This document shows, in pieces, positions 9,549-18,977 of a stretch of DNA of 64,000 nt. The stretch covers positions 27,308 through 91,307 of the forward strand of contig CAVLCT010000001.1 of NCBI GenBank assembly GCA_963661665.1. Reading direction: 5' to 3'. A program made the position numbers and the translations under genes. The notes beneath the pieces were generated by a model that saw only the letters and a program-made list of their open reading frames with translations, had not been told where the DNA came from and did no database searches. The DNA comes from Bulleidia sp. Its GTDB lineage: Bacteria; Desulfobacterota; Desulfovibrionia; Desulfovibrionales; Desulfovibrionaceae. How positions within the stretch are numbered: position 1 is the first letter of the stretch; the number at the start of each line of letters is the position of its first letter.

Positions 9549-10517
9549 ATGCAAATGGATAAACGTCGCAAGAGCATCCTGGTGACCGGCGGGTCCGGTT
9601 TTCTGGGGTCGCATCTTTGCAAACGGCTTCTGGATGAGGGACACGAAGTCCTGTGCCTGGATAATTTCTTTTCCAGCTCCAAAAGCAATGTCGAAGAACT
9701 GATGGACAACCCCCGTTTTGAGCTTGTCCGGCACGACGTTGTTTTTCCCTACTATGCCGAGGTGCAGGAAGTCTACAACCTCGCCTGCCCTGCCTCTCCC
9801 CCGCACTACCAGCATAATCCAATCCATACTATAAAAACATGCGTGGATGGTGCCCTGAACATGCTGGGGCTGGCCAAGAGGACAGGTGCCAGAATCTACC
9901 AGGCATCCACCAGCGAGGTCTATGGCGATCCCAATGTGCATCCGCAGGTGGAAGACTACTGGGGGCATGTAAACCCCAACGGCATCCGTTCCTGCTATGA
10001 CGAGGGAAAGCGCTGTGCTGAGGCGATCTTTTTCTCCTACAGGCGCCAGTTCAATCTGCCCATCAAGGTAGGCCGCATCTTTAATACCTACGGCCCCAAG
10101 ATGCACCCCCATGACGGCCGCGTTGTGTCCAACTTTATCATTCAGGCGCTTTTGGGCGAGCCCATAACCATTTATGGCGAGGGGCAGCAGACCAGGTCAT
10201 TCTGCTATGTGGATGATCTGATCGATTGCATGGTGCGCTTCATGGCTACGGACGATGACTTCACCGGCCCCATGAACATGGGTAATCCCTGTGAATTCAC
10301 CATTGCCGAGCTGGCAGAGAAGGTAATACGCATAACCGGCAGCTCTTCCAAAATTATCCATGAGCCTCTGCCAGGCGATGATCCGAGGCAGCGCCGTCCT
10401 GACATTTCCCTTGCAAAGGAAAAGATCGGCTGGGAGCCTAAGGTGGCTTTGGAAGATGGCCTTGTCAAAACCATTGCCTATTTTGACGGCCTTCTGAAGT
10501 CCGGCTGGACCAGATAG
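9549..10517 (+). CDS. UDP-glucuronate decarboxylase (UDP-xylose synthase-type SDR)
   Basis: [34 protein letters not shown] ... YDEGKRCAE (YxxxK). Start at MQMDKRRK within ORF 9390..10517. Confidence 0.9.
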   Translation: MQMDKRRKSILVTGGSGFLGSHLCKRLLDEGHEVLCLDNFFSSSKSNVEELMDNPRFELVRHDVVFPYYAEVQEVYNLACPASPPHYQHNPIHTIKTCVDGALNMLGLAKRTGARIYQASTSEVYGDPNVHPQVEDYWGHVNPNGIRSCYDEGKRCAEAIFFSYRRQFNLPIKVGRIFNTYGPKMHPHDGRVVSNFIIQALLGEPITIYGEGQQTRSFCYVDDLIDCMVRFMATDDDFTGPMNMGNPCEFTIAELAEKVIRITGSSSKIIHEPLPGDDPRQRRPDISLAKEKIGWEPKVALEDGLVKTIAYFDGLLKSGWTR

Positions 10518-10943
10518 TGCAGGCATCTGGCTTTTGCCAAAATTTGCAAAAAAACGGGCAGCTCATTGACGTCTATTTTGTCATAAGCTAGTCTGTTATT
10601 TAGCTTGGAGACGATCCAGAGGCTGTCATACGTTCGCTGCCATTATGGTGCGGGCATGACGGCTGGCAGAAAGGCTGAGCAGGACCAGGCCAGTCTTTTT
10701 AGCCGGATCGGAAAAGCAAGTTGGATCCTGAGATAGCGACGCAGTGGAAGCTCTGGTAAGGACCTGGCTGAAAAAACAGAATAGAGAAAGGAGCACTGTC
10801 TGCCCGTAAGCTATACAGCCCGGAAGAGATTCGCAGGACCAAGCAGTATCTTCCCTTAGCAGTATGGCAGTCATGGCAGCAGTCCCTGATATATTCTGCC
10901 AGTCAGGATGTACTTGAACCAACTATCTCTACAGGGGAAAACT

Positions 10944-11408
10944 ATGAACATCTCCAAGATTCTGTGTTGTGTTAATCTGGCAGAAGACAGCTCGTTAATC
11001 GCGAACTATACCAGGAAGATGGCTATCAGCATGGGCGCTGAGGTCCTGTGCCTGTATGTGGCTCCTACCCTGAGGCAGTATACAGGTTTTCATGTCCAGC
11101 CCCAGACCATTGGCCACTTTGTGGAAGAAATTACCTCTGCCGCACAGCAGAAGATGGACAACTTCATCGCGGAAAACTTTGACGGCGTCAAAGCAGAAGG
11201 CAAAGTAGAGGTCGGATACGCTTCCGAAGTCATACTTGACCTGTCCGAGAAGGAGCACTGCGACCTTATCGTCATGTGTACACATGGCCGCACCGGACTG
11301 GACCGGATTTTGTTCGGCTCAGTTGCCGAGAAGGTTGTACAAAAGTCCGTTGTACCGGTTCTTTCCCTCCGTCCTGAAGATTTGGAACGGTATGCTGAGA
11401 AAGACTAG
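10944..11408 (+). CDS. universal stress protein (UspA family)
   Basis: MNISKILCCVNL..., DLIVMCTHGRTGLDRILFGSVAEKVVQKSVVPVLSL (Usp ATP-binding motif). Confidence 0.85.
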   Translation: MNISKILCCVNLAEDSSLIANYTRKMAISMGAEVLCLYVAPTLRQYTGFHVQPQTIGHFVEEITSAAQQKMDNFIAENFDGVKAEGKVEVGYASEVILDLSEKEHCDLIVMCTHGRTGLDRILFGSVAEKVVQKSVVPVLSLRPEDLERYAEKD

Positions 11409-11429
11409 GTATTTTTGATTTTCTAAGCC

Positions 11430-11478
11430 GGCTGGCAGTGGGATCGGATGTCCGGTGCCCTGTCAGCCGTCTTTTTTT
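11430..11478 (+). terminator. Rho-independent terminator after usp
   Basis: GGCTGGCAG (11430-11438) pairs with CTGTCAGCC (11460-11468), including one G-U pair. It is followed by the run CTTTTTTT. Confidence 0.6.
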
Positions 11479-11570
11479 ACTTAAAGCCAATATGGCAGCC
11501 GGACTTTTCCGGAATTTCCGCTTCTTTTGCTTCCTGATGCAGGCGTGCAAAGAAAGGACAGGGAGTCGTC

Positions 11571-12689
11571 ATGTTTGAAAGTGTTGTCCGTCCGGAGATT
11601 CTCTCTCTTGAGCCCTATGTCCCAGGGCGCTCCATTGACGAGATTCGGGAAGAATATGGCCTGGAACGTGTAATCAAGATGGCAAGCAATGAAAATCCGC
11701 TTGGCGTCTCTCCATTGGTCCTGCAGGCTTTAAGGAAGCATGCAGATACTGTTTTCCGCTATCCTGCCGGCGGAAATCCCCGCCTTGTGCGTGCTTTGAG
11801 CTCGCACTGGCAGATTGCCCCAAATCGCATAGTTGTCGGCAACGGCTCAGACGAAATCATCGACATGCTGATACGCATGCTGGCACAGCCTGGCAGGGAC
11901 AATGTGGTCTGCTTTGAGCCCTGTTTTTCCCTGTATCCCATACAGTCTCTGATACAGGGTGTAGAAATACGGCGCGAGCCCGTCAATGAAGATTTCAGCT
12001 TTGATTTTGACAAGCTTCTTAAGCACGTGGATGCCAATACGCGCCTGGTCTTCATTACCACGCCGGACAACCCTTCAGGCTTCTGCCCTGCCCCTGATGC
12101 TGTGAAGAGCCTGGCTGAAAAGCTGCCCTCAACCTGCCTTCTGGTCATTGACGAGGCTTATATGGATTTTGCACCAGGCGAGGGAGAGACCGAGGCAGAC
12201 TGGTCCCTTTTCAAGCGCGGAGATTTGCCGTCCAATGCCTGCGTCATCCGCACCTTTTCAAAAAGCTACGGCCTTGCCGGCCTGCGCATAGGCGTAGGCA
12301 TACTGCCTGAAGAGCTTGCTGACTGCTACTGGCGGGCAAGGCTTCCTTTTTCGGTGAACATCCTTGCAGAGGAAGCTGTCCTGGCCGCCCTTGACGATGA
12401 CAGGTTCCGTGCCCTCACTATGCAGACAGTGCGCGAGGGGCGCAAACTTTTGTCTGAATCCCTTGAAAAAATGGGCTGTACTGTCTGGCCTTCCAGGGCG
12501 AATTTTATCATGTTTATGCCGCCAAGTTCCTGCACGGCAGACACTTTGTATGAAAAGCTTCTGCAAAAGGGCGTTATCGTGCGCCTGCTCAAAAGCTATT
12601 CCCTGCCGCAGTATATTCGTCTCAGCATCGGGAATGCAGAAGAAAACAGCTACTTTTTGCAGAAAACCGCTGAAATCCTGGAGGCATAA
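11571..12689 (+). CDS. hisC: histidinol-phosphate aminotransferase
   Basis: KMASNENPLGVSP, the class-II aminotransferase layout, and a SKSYGLAGLRIG PLP-lysine motif. Confidence 0.9.
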   Translation: MFESVVRPEILSLEPYVPGRSIDEIREEYGLERVIKMASNENPLGVSPLVLQALRKHADTVFRYPAGGNPRLVRALSSHWQIAPNRIVVGNGSDEIIDMLIRMLAQPGRDNVVCFEPCFSLYPIQSLIQGVEIRREPVNEDFSFDFDKLLKHVDANTRLVFITTPDNPSGFCPAPDAVKSLAEKLPSTCLLVIDEAYMDFAPGEGETEADWSLFKRGDLPSNACVIRTFSKSYGLAGLRIGVGILPEELADCYWRARLPFSVNILAEEAVLAALDDDRFRALTMQTVREGRKLLSESLEKMGCTVWPSRANFIMFMPPSSCTADTLYEKLLQKGVIVRLLKSYSLPQYIRLSIGNAEENSYFLQKTAEILEA

Positions 12690-14221
12690 TGGACACTAAG
12701 ATCGGAGTTGTTACACTGGACGGCCCTGCAGGCGTGGGCAAGACCACCCTTGCAAAACAGGTCGCCGAAGATCTGCATATAGCCTATCTTGATACTGGTG
12801 CCATGTTCCGCACCCTGGCCCTGCGCTTAGGGGACGGCATCAAGGATTTGCCGGAAGAGGAAATCCGCAGGCGTGCCGCGGATATAGTCTTTTCCCTTAA
12901 GGGGACTGGGGCTGAGTCGCAGCTTCTTTGCTCTGGCGTGCCTGTAGGCCAGGAGATCCGCACCGAGGAAGTGGGCGCTCTTGCCTCGCGCGTAGCGCTT
13001 ATTCCCGTGGTGCGCCAGATCCTTAAGGAAGCACAGCGCAGCCTTGGTGCCGCAGGATCCATTGTGGTGGAAGGCCGTGACATGGGAACGGTGGTGTTTC
13101 CCCAGGCACGCTACAAGTTTTTCCTTGATGCCTCTCCGAAGGTCCGTGCCCTGCGCCGCTTAAACCAGCTGAAGGGCATGGGGCAGACGGCCTCCTTGGG
13201 AGAACTGGAAAAGCAGATCCGCGAACGCGACGACCGTGACAGAAACAGGCCTGTTGCTCCCCTGCGTCCTGCCGAGGATGCCCTTTGCATTGATACGTCC
13301 AATCTGACTATTGAGGATACGAAAAGGTGCATACTGGGCTGTATCAAAGACAAGCAGGATGCGCAGAAGAAGGCCGGTTCAGCCGATGGTGTGCCCCTGC
13401 TTGCTCCGTACTGGGAGGCTGTGCAGGAAGAGCATCCCCTGGTACATTTTATTACCAATTCCGTCATCATCAATGACTGCGCCAACATAACCCTTGCCGC
13501 AGGCGGATCCCCCATTATGGCCGATGCTCCCGAAGAGGCAGGCCAGGTAACAGAAATCTGCAATGCCCTTGTCCTAAATATCGGCACAGTGTGCCAGCGT
13601 ACTGCCTTAAGCATGCAGATTGCAGGATCGGCTGCCAGAAAGCTGGGGCATATGGTGGTGCTGGATCCCGTCGGTGCCGGCATTTCCGACATCAGGAACA
13701 ATGCCCTTAAGATGATACTGCGCGATGCACAGCCTAAGATCATCAAGGGAAACAGCTCTGAGATACGCTATCTGGCAGAGGGCTCAGGTGCCGCCAAGGG
13801 TGTCGATGCGCAGGATGAGGACATGACGGATGAGGGCAACCTGCTGGCCCATGCCCGTATGGCCCAGGCCCTGGCACAAAGGCAGGATGCCGTTGTCATC
13901 ATCACAGGAGCCATAGACATCGTGGCTTCGGCTGACGAGGCCTATGCTGTCAGCAACGGCAGTCCCTGGATGGGGCGCATTTCCGGTGCAGGCTGCATGT
14001 GCGCCGCCGTGCTGGGGGCTTATGCCGGTGCCAGCCCTGAGGAGCCCCTGGCAGCTGCGCTTACCGCCATGGCGGCCATGGGTGTTGCCGGAGAAAAGGC
14101 GGAAGCCAGGCTGGATGACAGGGCCGGTGCCGGTACCTATCATATGTACCTGATCGATGCGGTATCCCGCCTGGACGGAGAAACCCTGGACAGGGAAAAG
14201 CGCATCAGAAAGATTTTGTAG
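12689..14221 (+). CDS. fusion protein: cytidylate kinase (N) + hydroxyethylthiazole kinase (C)
   Basis: The N-terminal half carries VVTLDGPAGVGKTTLAKQVA...LDTGAMFR...VEGRDMGTVVFP (Cmk). The C-terminal half carries PLVHFITNSVIINDCANITLAAGGSPIMADAPEE...NIGT...IKGNSSEI...ISGAGCM (ThiM). It is a single uninterrupted ORF. The ATG overlaps the hisC stop (TAATG). Confidence 0.85.
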   Translation: MDTKIGVVTLDGPAGVGKTTLAKQVAEDLHIAYLDTGAMFRTLALRLGDGIKDLPEEEIRRRAADIVFSLKGTGAESQLLCSGVPVGQEIRTEEVGALASRVALIPVVRQILKEAQRSLGAAGSIVVEGRDMGTVVFPQARYKFFLDASPKVRALRRLNQLKGMGQTASLGELEKQIRERDDRDRNRPVAPLRPAEDALCIDTSNLTIEDTKRCILGCIKDKQDAQKKAGSADGVPLLAPYWEAVQEEHPLVHFITNSVIINDCANITLAAGGSPIMADAPEEAGQVTEICNALVLNIGTVCQRTALSMQIAGSAARKLGHMVVLDPVGAGISDIRNNALKMILRDAQPKIIKGNSSEIRYLAEGSGAAKGVDAQDEDMTDEGNLLAHARMAQALAQRQDAVVIITGAIDIVASADEAYAVSNGSPWMGRISGAGCMCAAVLGAYAGASPEEPLAAALTAMAAMGVAGEKAEARLDDRAGAGTYHMYLIDAVSRLDGETLDREKRIRKIL

Positions 14222-14376
14222 CAGGACATGCTCAGGGGGCGGGAAAGGCGGTGCTGCTTCCTTGAACGGCCCTGAGAGCCCTGTTTTTTAAGGAGGCACT
14301 CTCAGGAAGCCTGTACAGAAGGCAGGCTGCTGCATATGGCATCCGGATCGTCAGAATTATGGTCAGGTAAGACGCA

Positions 14377-16122
14377 ATGGCTACAATGTTTCCATCCGCA
14401 GTGGATACTTTTTCAACGGCAGGCGAAAGCCTGACCTGGAATTTCCTGAAAAACGTCCTCAGGCCCGATCAGGATTTTTTGTGCTGGTATGAGCCGGACA
14501 TTGAGGATCGGGAGCCTGATTTTATCCTGTATTCGCCAGACTGCGGCCTGATCGTAATGGAAGTGAAGGACTGGCTGGTCAGCCAGATTAATGAGGCTGA
14601 TCCCAAGACAGTACTGCTTACCATCGGCAACAGGACAGAACGCCGTAAAAACCCTCTGTCACAGGCAAAGGAATACCGCAACAGGCTTCTCTGTGTCTTG
14701 AGCAAACCGCCGCTTGGCAAGCCGCAGCAGCTTCCGTGCCCTGTGTCCATATGCGTTGTTTTCCCGCATATCAGCAGAAGCGAGCTGCGTGAAAAAGGCC
14801 TGCAGCAGATTTTCCCGGAGGAAAGCCTGCTTTGCTGGGACGAGATGCAGGAAAACTCGCCGTACTGGCGGGATGTGTCCGGACAGAAGTTTCACGAATG
14901 GCTCAGGAACCAGTTTCCGCCTCCGTTTGCGTTCTATCTGGCGCAAAACCAGCTGAACGAGCTTCGTGCCGCCATTTTCCCCCAGGTGCGTCTGAGCCTG
15001 CCCCGCCCGCAGCTGGACAATACGGATACCAGGGAGGCATTGCTGGCGCTGGACCATGACCAGGAAAACCTGGCCCGTACCATAGGGCCGGGACGGCATC
15101 TTATTACTGGTCCTGCAGGTAGCGGACGCACGCTCATACTGGCCTCCATGGCATGGCATCTTCCGCGTGTCAGCCGCAATACAACCCGTATACTGGTGGT
15201 CTGCTTCAATCTTTCCCTTGTGGGCTACATACGCCGCCTGCTGGCCCAAAAGGGTGTCAGCATCGGACCTGACGGCGTAGAAGTGCTGCCTTTTTATTCG
15301 CTTTGCGAACGCATTCTGGGTGAAAAGCTGTCCCATTCTGCTGAGTCAGCAGACTTTTACAGCATTGTCGTACAGGAAACTCTGGAAAGGCTGGACGGTT
15401 CTCATCCTCTTCAGCAGCACTGGGATGCCGTGCTGGTGGATGAAGGACAGGATTTTTCAGCGGAGATGGCCCAGGTCCTTTGCAGGCTTCTGCCCAAAGG
15501 CGGCACCCTTGTCGTGGCCAAGGACGACAACCAGCGCCTGTATCAGGAAAATGGCAGCGTCTGGGAAGAACTCGGCATTGAAGGGCTGCGTGTGCACCGC
15601 CTTACGCGGCAGTACAGAAACACTGCTGCCATTGCCAGGTATGCTGCAAGGCTTCTGCCGGATGCGGCGGGGATTGCCTTTGCCGGAACAGGCGGGAAAA
15701 CACCTGAAGTTATTGTACGGCAGGCTGTACAGGACCAGGTGCAGTACATCGTGCAGAGCGTTAAGTACTGCATTGGCAAGGGCGTTCCGATGAATGAAAT
15801 TGCCATCCTGTACACGACAAGCCATATGGCTGACGTATGCCTGCCTGAGTATATCGCCCAGGAACTGGAATACAGCGGCATTATGGCCCGCTGGATTTCA
15901 AAAAACGCTGACACCAAGCATTATTATGACATAACGACGGACAGCGTGACAGTATCGACTATTCACAGCGTAAAAGGACTGGATTTTTCCCATGTGTTCA
16001 TAATAGGGCTTGATACGCTGCCTGATACTCCGCGCAATCGCAGGCTGGCCTATGTAGGGATGACAAGGGCCCGTGACCGTCTAACAGTTGTCTGCGGGAA
16101 GCGTGCAGGGCTTGTTATGTGA
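14377..16122 (+). CDS. NERD nuclease-related domain + UvrD/Rep-like superfamily-1 helicase
   Basis: The NERD core is EPDFILYSPDCGLIVMEVKDW...NPLSQAKEY. Walker A is ITGPAGSGRTLI and Walker B is VLVDEGQDFS. The UvrD_C-like end is TIHSVKGLDFSHVFIIGL...YVGMTRARDRL. Confidence 0.8.
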   Translation: MATMFPSAVDTFSTAGESLTWNFLKNVLRPDQDFLCWYEPDIEDREPDFILYSPDCGLIVMEVKDWLVSQINEADPKTVLLTIGNRTERRKNPLSQAKEYRNRLLCVLSKPPLGKPQQLPCPVSICVVFPHISRSELREKGLQQIFPEESLLCWDEMQENSPYWRDVSGQKFHEWLRNQFPPPFAFYLAQNQLNELRAAIFPQVRLSLPRPQLDNTDTREALLALDHDQENLARTIGPGRHLITGPAGSGRTLILASMAWHLPRVSRNTTRILVVCFNLSLVGYIRRLLAQKGVSIGPDGVEVLPFYSLCERILGEKLSHSAESADFYSIVVQETLERLDGSHPLQQHWDAVLVDEGQDFSAEMAQVLCRLLPKGGTLVVAKDDNQRLYQENGSVWEELGIEGLRVHRLTRQYRNTAAIARYAARLLPDAAGIAFAGTGGKTPEVIVRQAVQDQVQYIVQSVKYCIGKGVPMNEIAILYTTSHMADVCLPEYIAQELEYSGIMARWISKNADTKHYYDITTDSVTVSTIHSVKGLDFSHVFIIGLDTLPDTPRNRRLAYVGMTRARDRLTVVCGKRAGLVM

Positions 16123-16164
16123 TTTTCTCAGCCTGCAGTGCAGACATTTCAGCGGAGGAATATT

Positions 16165-17862
16165 ATGTCAGAACTTAAAATCCTGATAGGCGGGGAAAAT
16201 TTTGCCGAGATCCGTAGGGGAAAATACTGCTATATCGACAAGACAGGCTTCCTGAACGATTTTCTTCCATTGCCGGCAAAGGTAAGCCTTATCACGCGCC
16301 CGAGACGCTTTGGCAAAACGCTCTTTATGTCCATGCTGGCCGAGTTCTTTGACATTGCAAAGGACAGCCGTGACCTTTTTGCTGGCCTTACGATTTCTGC
16401 CAACGAGGAACTGTGTGCGCAGTGGATGAACCAGTATCCTGTGATCTTTCTTTCCCTGAAGGACGTGGACAAGCCAAGCTATGCAAGGGCAGTGACGAGG
16501 TTCCAGGAGGAAATTACAACATTTTGCAAAAGGCACAAGTTTCTGCTTTCATCAGAGAGAGTAGCAGAAGAAGATAAGGTACGGTTGCAAAAGTATCTGC
16601 TCAGTGAGGCTGACGAGGACACTGTCGGACTTTCCCTGGAAACTCTGATCCGTGCCATGGCCAGCCATTACGGCAGGCCGGCCATAGTCCTGATAGATGA
16701 ATACGATGTCCCTGTAGCCAAGGCAGAAGCGAACGGTTTCTATGATGATATGATAAATTTCATGCGTGGAGTTTTGTCTTCTGCACTGAAAACCAGCCAG
16801 GACAGCCTGCTGTTTGCTGTCCTTACAGGCTGTCTGCGTATCACCAAAGAAAGTATTTTTACAGGCCTGAACAATCTTAAATGTTTTGGCATCTCTGATT
16901 CCAGATTTGCAGATGCCGTCGGTTTTACGCAGGCCGAGGTGGATCAGCTTTTGGCAGATGCAGGCCTTTCATCCATGAGAGAGGATGTCAAAACCTGGTA
17001 TGACGGATACTGTTTCGGAGCAAAGCAGGAGATATACTGTCCCTGGAGCATCATGAACTATGTTTCTGATGTCCTGGCAGAGCCCGATACGCCTCCTCAG
17101 GCCTACTGGTTGCACACAAGTGACAACGAACTTGTCCGGAGGCTTATCGCAAACAACCCTGCCGACCTCACTGAAAACATTGATTCTCTTCTGGCCGGAG
17201 ACTTTCTGCCTGCGCACATCAGTGTTGCCCCGAGTTACAACAACCTCACGTCTTCTCCGGAAAACATCTGGACCCTGCTCTATTATACAGGCTATCTGAC
17301 CAAAGCATCCAAAGGCGTGGCAGACAAACTTTTGCTACCTGGCTCTGGCTTTGACCTTTTACGTATTCCTAATAAAGAAGTTGCCTGGATCTTTAATGAA
17401 GAACTGAAGGAATGGTTTTCCAGACACCTGACAAGTACACAGCGCACTGATTTGTATCAGGCCTTCTGGGAGCCTGACGCAGAACGCTTCGTACAGATGC
17501 TGTCCCAGACGCTCCTTGTCAGTATCAGCATGTATGATTACAAGGAACACTTTTACCATGGCATGCTGACAGGGCTCTTCATTTCAACCAGAGCACAGAC
17601 GGTTTCCAATCTTGAGGCAGGCGAGGGTCGCTCGGATATTCTGGTCCAGGACGGGAGCATGGCTGCTGTCATAGAGGTGAAGCGTACAAAAAATGCAGGG
17701 GAGCTTCCGTCCCTGGTGGAAAAGGGGATGAAGCAGATTGCAGACAACAAATACGATGCCTTGTTCAGGGCCAATCCTTCTGTCCGTACCATTCTTCACT
17801 GGAGCATTGCCTTTTGCAAAAAGAGCTGCCTGGCAAAGGCTGAGGTAGCAGGCGAACTGTAG
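16165..17862 (+). CDS. AAA-ATPase_like domain + PD-(D/E)XK (PDDEXK_9/DUF1703) nuclease-fold protein
   Basis: N-terminal motifs are GGENFAEIRRGKYCYIDKTGFL...RPRRFGKTLFMSML and IVLIDEYDVP. The C-terminal PD-(D/E)XK-like motif is GRSDILVQ...AVIEVKR. ATG 16165 follows GGAGG. Confidence 0.8.
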   Translation: MSELKILIGGENFAEIRRGKYCYIDKTGFLNDFLPLPAKVSLITRPRRFGKTLFMSMLAEFFDIAKDSRDLFAGLTISANEELCAQWMNQYPVIFLSLKDVDKPSYARAVTRFQEEITTFCKRHKFLLSSERVAEEDKVRLQKYLLSEADEDTVGLSLETLIRAMASHYGRPAIVLIDEYDVPVAKAEANGFYDDMINFMRGVLSSALKTSQDSLLFAVLTGCLRITKESIFTGLNNLKCFGISDSRFADAVGFTQAEVDQLLADAGLSSMREDVKTWYDGYCFGAKQEIYCPWSIMNYVSDVLAEPDTPPQAYWLHTSDNELVRRLIANNPADLTENIDSLLAGDFLPAHISVAPSYNNLTSSPENIWTLLYYTGYLTKASKGVADKLLLPGSGFDLLRIPNKEVAWIFNEELKEWFSRHLTSTQRTDLYQAFWEPDAERFVQMLSQTLLVSISMYDYKEHFYHGMLTGLFISTRAQTVSNLEAGEGRSDILVQDGSMAAVIEVKRTKNAGELPSLVEKGMKQIADNKYDALFRANPSVRTILHWSIAFCKKSCLAKAEVAGEL

Positions 17863-17910
17863 AGAACGGTATCAAAATCACTGCCTGCCTGTGGTCCGGA
17901 CAGCGCATGA

Positions 17911-17955
17911 AAAAAATAAAGGGGTTTTGCTGTTCCTGATGAACAGCAAAACCCC
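17911..17955 (-). terminator. Rho-independent terminator (tRNA-Ala side; also closes the + strand operon)
   Basis: Perfect 15-bp stem GGGGTTTTGCTGTTC (17921-17935) / GAACAGCAAAACCCC (17941-17955). On the minus strand it is followed by TTTATTTTTTT. Confidence 0.75.
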
Positions 17956-17970
17956 GTAACTTTCAATAAG

Positions 17971-18046
17971 TGGTGGAGAAGAGGAGATTTGAACTCCCGA
18001 CCCCCGCAATGCGAATGCGATGCTCTCCCAGCTGAGCCACTTCCCC
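17971..18046 (-). tRNA. tRNA-Ala (anticodon CGC)
   Basis: 76-nt cloverleaf read on the minus strand. The acceptor stem is GGGGAAG/CTTCTCC with G3:U70. The D arm is GCTC-AGCTGGGA-GAGC. The anticodon stem-loop is TCGCA-TTCGCAT-TGCGG. The T arm is GGGAG-TTCAAAT-CTCCT. CCA is encoded. Confidence 0.95.
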
Positions 18047-18059
18047 ACTGTGTCCTGCC

Positions 18060-18088
18060 ATCCTAGACGTGAAGCCTGCCCGCGTCAA
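18060..18088 (-). promoter_or_regulatory. sigma-70-like promoter for tRNA-Ala
   Basis: Read on the minus strand: TTGACG, a 17-nt spacer, then TAGGAT. The -10 element ends 13 nt before the mature tRNA 5' end. Confidence 0.5.
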
Positions 18089-18349
18089 GCCCCGTGCCAG
18101 GCGCGGCCTGCCTTGTTTAGGCAGGCAAAAAAGCCGTCAGTCATATCTGCAGCGCTGTTTGTGGCTGTATATGCTATTGGCTAGAGAGAAAAAAAAGTGT
18201 ATTAAACCGCAGTTTTTGCTGTAAAGGTCTGGCATCCTAGTCACATGGACATTGATGCCGGCTTTGTATTGCCTGTCTTTATGCTGGCAGGGCGGCTTGT
18301 CCGGCATCCCCCTCAAGTGACGGACAACCGGCTGTAAGAGAGCTTTTTC

Positions 18350-18940
18350 GTGAAAGAATATCGGGATCATTATTTTTTGAAGGCCAAGCAGGAAAATTAT
18401 CCTGCCCGCAGCGTCTACAAGCTGAAAGAAATTGATACCCGCTTTCACATATTCAGGCGCGGTATGCGCGTCCTTGACTTGGGAGCTGCACCCGGCTCAT
18501 GGTCTCTGGGCGCAGGCGAGAAGGTCGGTCCCACTGGCCTTGTCCTTGGCTGTGATATACAGCCTGCCAGGACGGAGTTCCCGCCGCATGTCTCGTTCAT
18601 GCTCGAAGACGTTTTTGACAGGTCCGCAGAGTTTGAAGCAAAACTGGATGAAATCGGTCCCTTTGATGTCGTTATGAGCGATATGGCCCCCAGCACCACA
18701 GGCAACAAGTTTACGGATCAGTGCCGCTCCCTGGAACTGTGCCAGGAAGCTTTTGAGCTGGCTCTGGCCAGGCTGAAGCCAGGTGGTTCATTTATCGTCA
18801 AAATTTTTATGGGGCCTGACATCCAGGAGCTTCTGACTCCCATGCGCAAGGCCTTTACAACTGTCAAAACATTTAAGCCAAAGAGTTCCCGTGCCGAAAG
18901 CAAGGAAACATTTTTTGTAGGAATGGGCCTGCGGCCTTAG
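18350..18940 (+). CDS. rlmE: 23S rRNA (uridine2552-2'-O)-methyltransferase
   Basis: [26 protein letters not shown]...[12 protein letters not shown]...VMSDMAP (FtsJ/RrmJ). GTG start. Confidence 0.9.
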   Translation: MKEYRDHYFLKAKQENYPARSVYKLKEIDTRFHIFRRGMRVLDLGAAPGSWSLGAGEKVGPTGLVLGCDIQPARTEFPPHVSFMLEDVFDRSAEFEAKLDEIGPFDVVMSDMAPSTTGNKFTDQCRSLELCQEAFELALARLKPGGSFIVKIFMGPDIQELLTPMRKAFTTVKTFKPKSSRAESKETFFVGMGLRP

Positions 18941-18977
18941 CGGGTCCAGTTCCAGTAAAGAGATTGAGAGGTATTTT

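Noticed and set aside
9237-10112. N-terminal 292 codons of the 571-aa minus-strand ORF 8397..10112
   Set aside because: Only the last 279 codons (from MSKKHIERI) are TatD-like. The upstream part is antisense to the UDP-glucuronate decarboxylase gene and crosses the divergent promoter region.
14222-18046. Classical tRNA-integrated genomic island carrying the helicase/ATPase pair
   Set aside because: There is no integrase or excisionase gene. I found no direct repeat of the tRNA-Ala 3' end in 14222-14376 or elsewhere in the segment. The composition looks similar to the flanks. I kept it only as a small accessory module, not a mobile element.
18107-18127. Hairpin GCCTGCC-TTGTTTA-GGCAGGC as a terminator
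   Set aside because: The adjacent A/T run lies on the wrong side of the stem for termination in either orientation.
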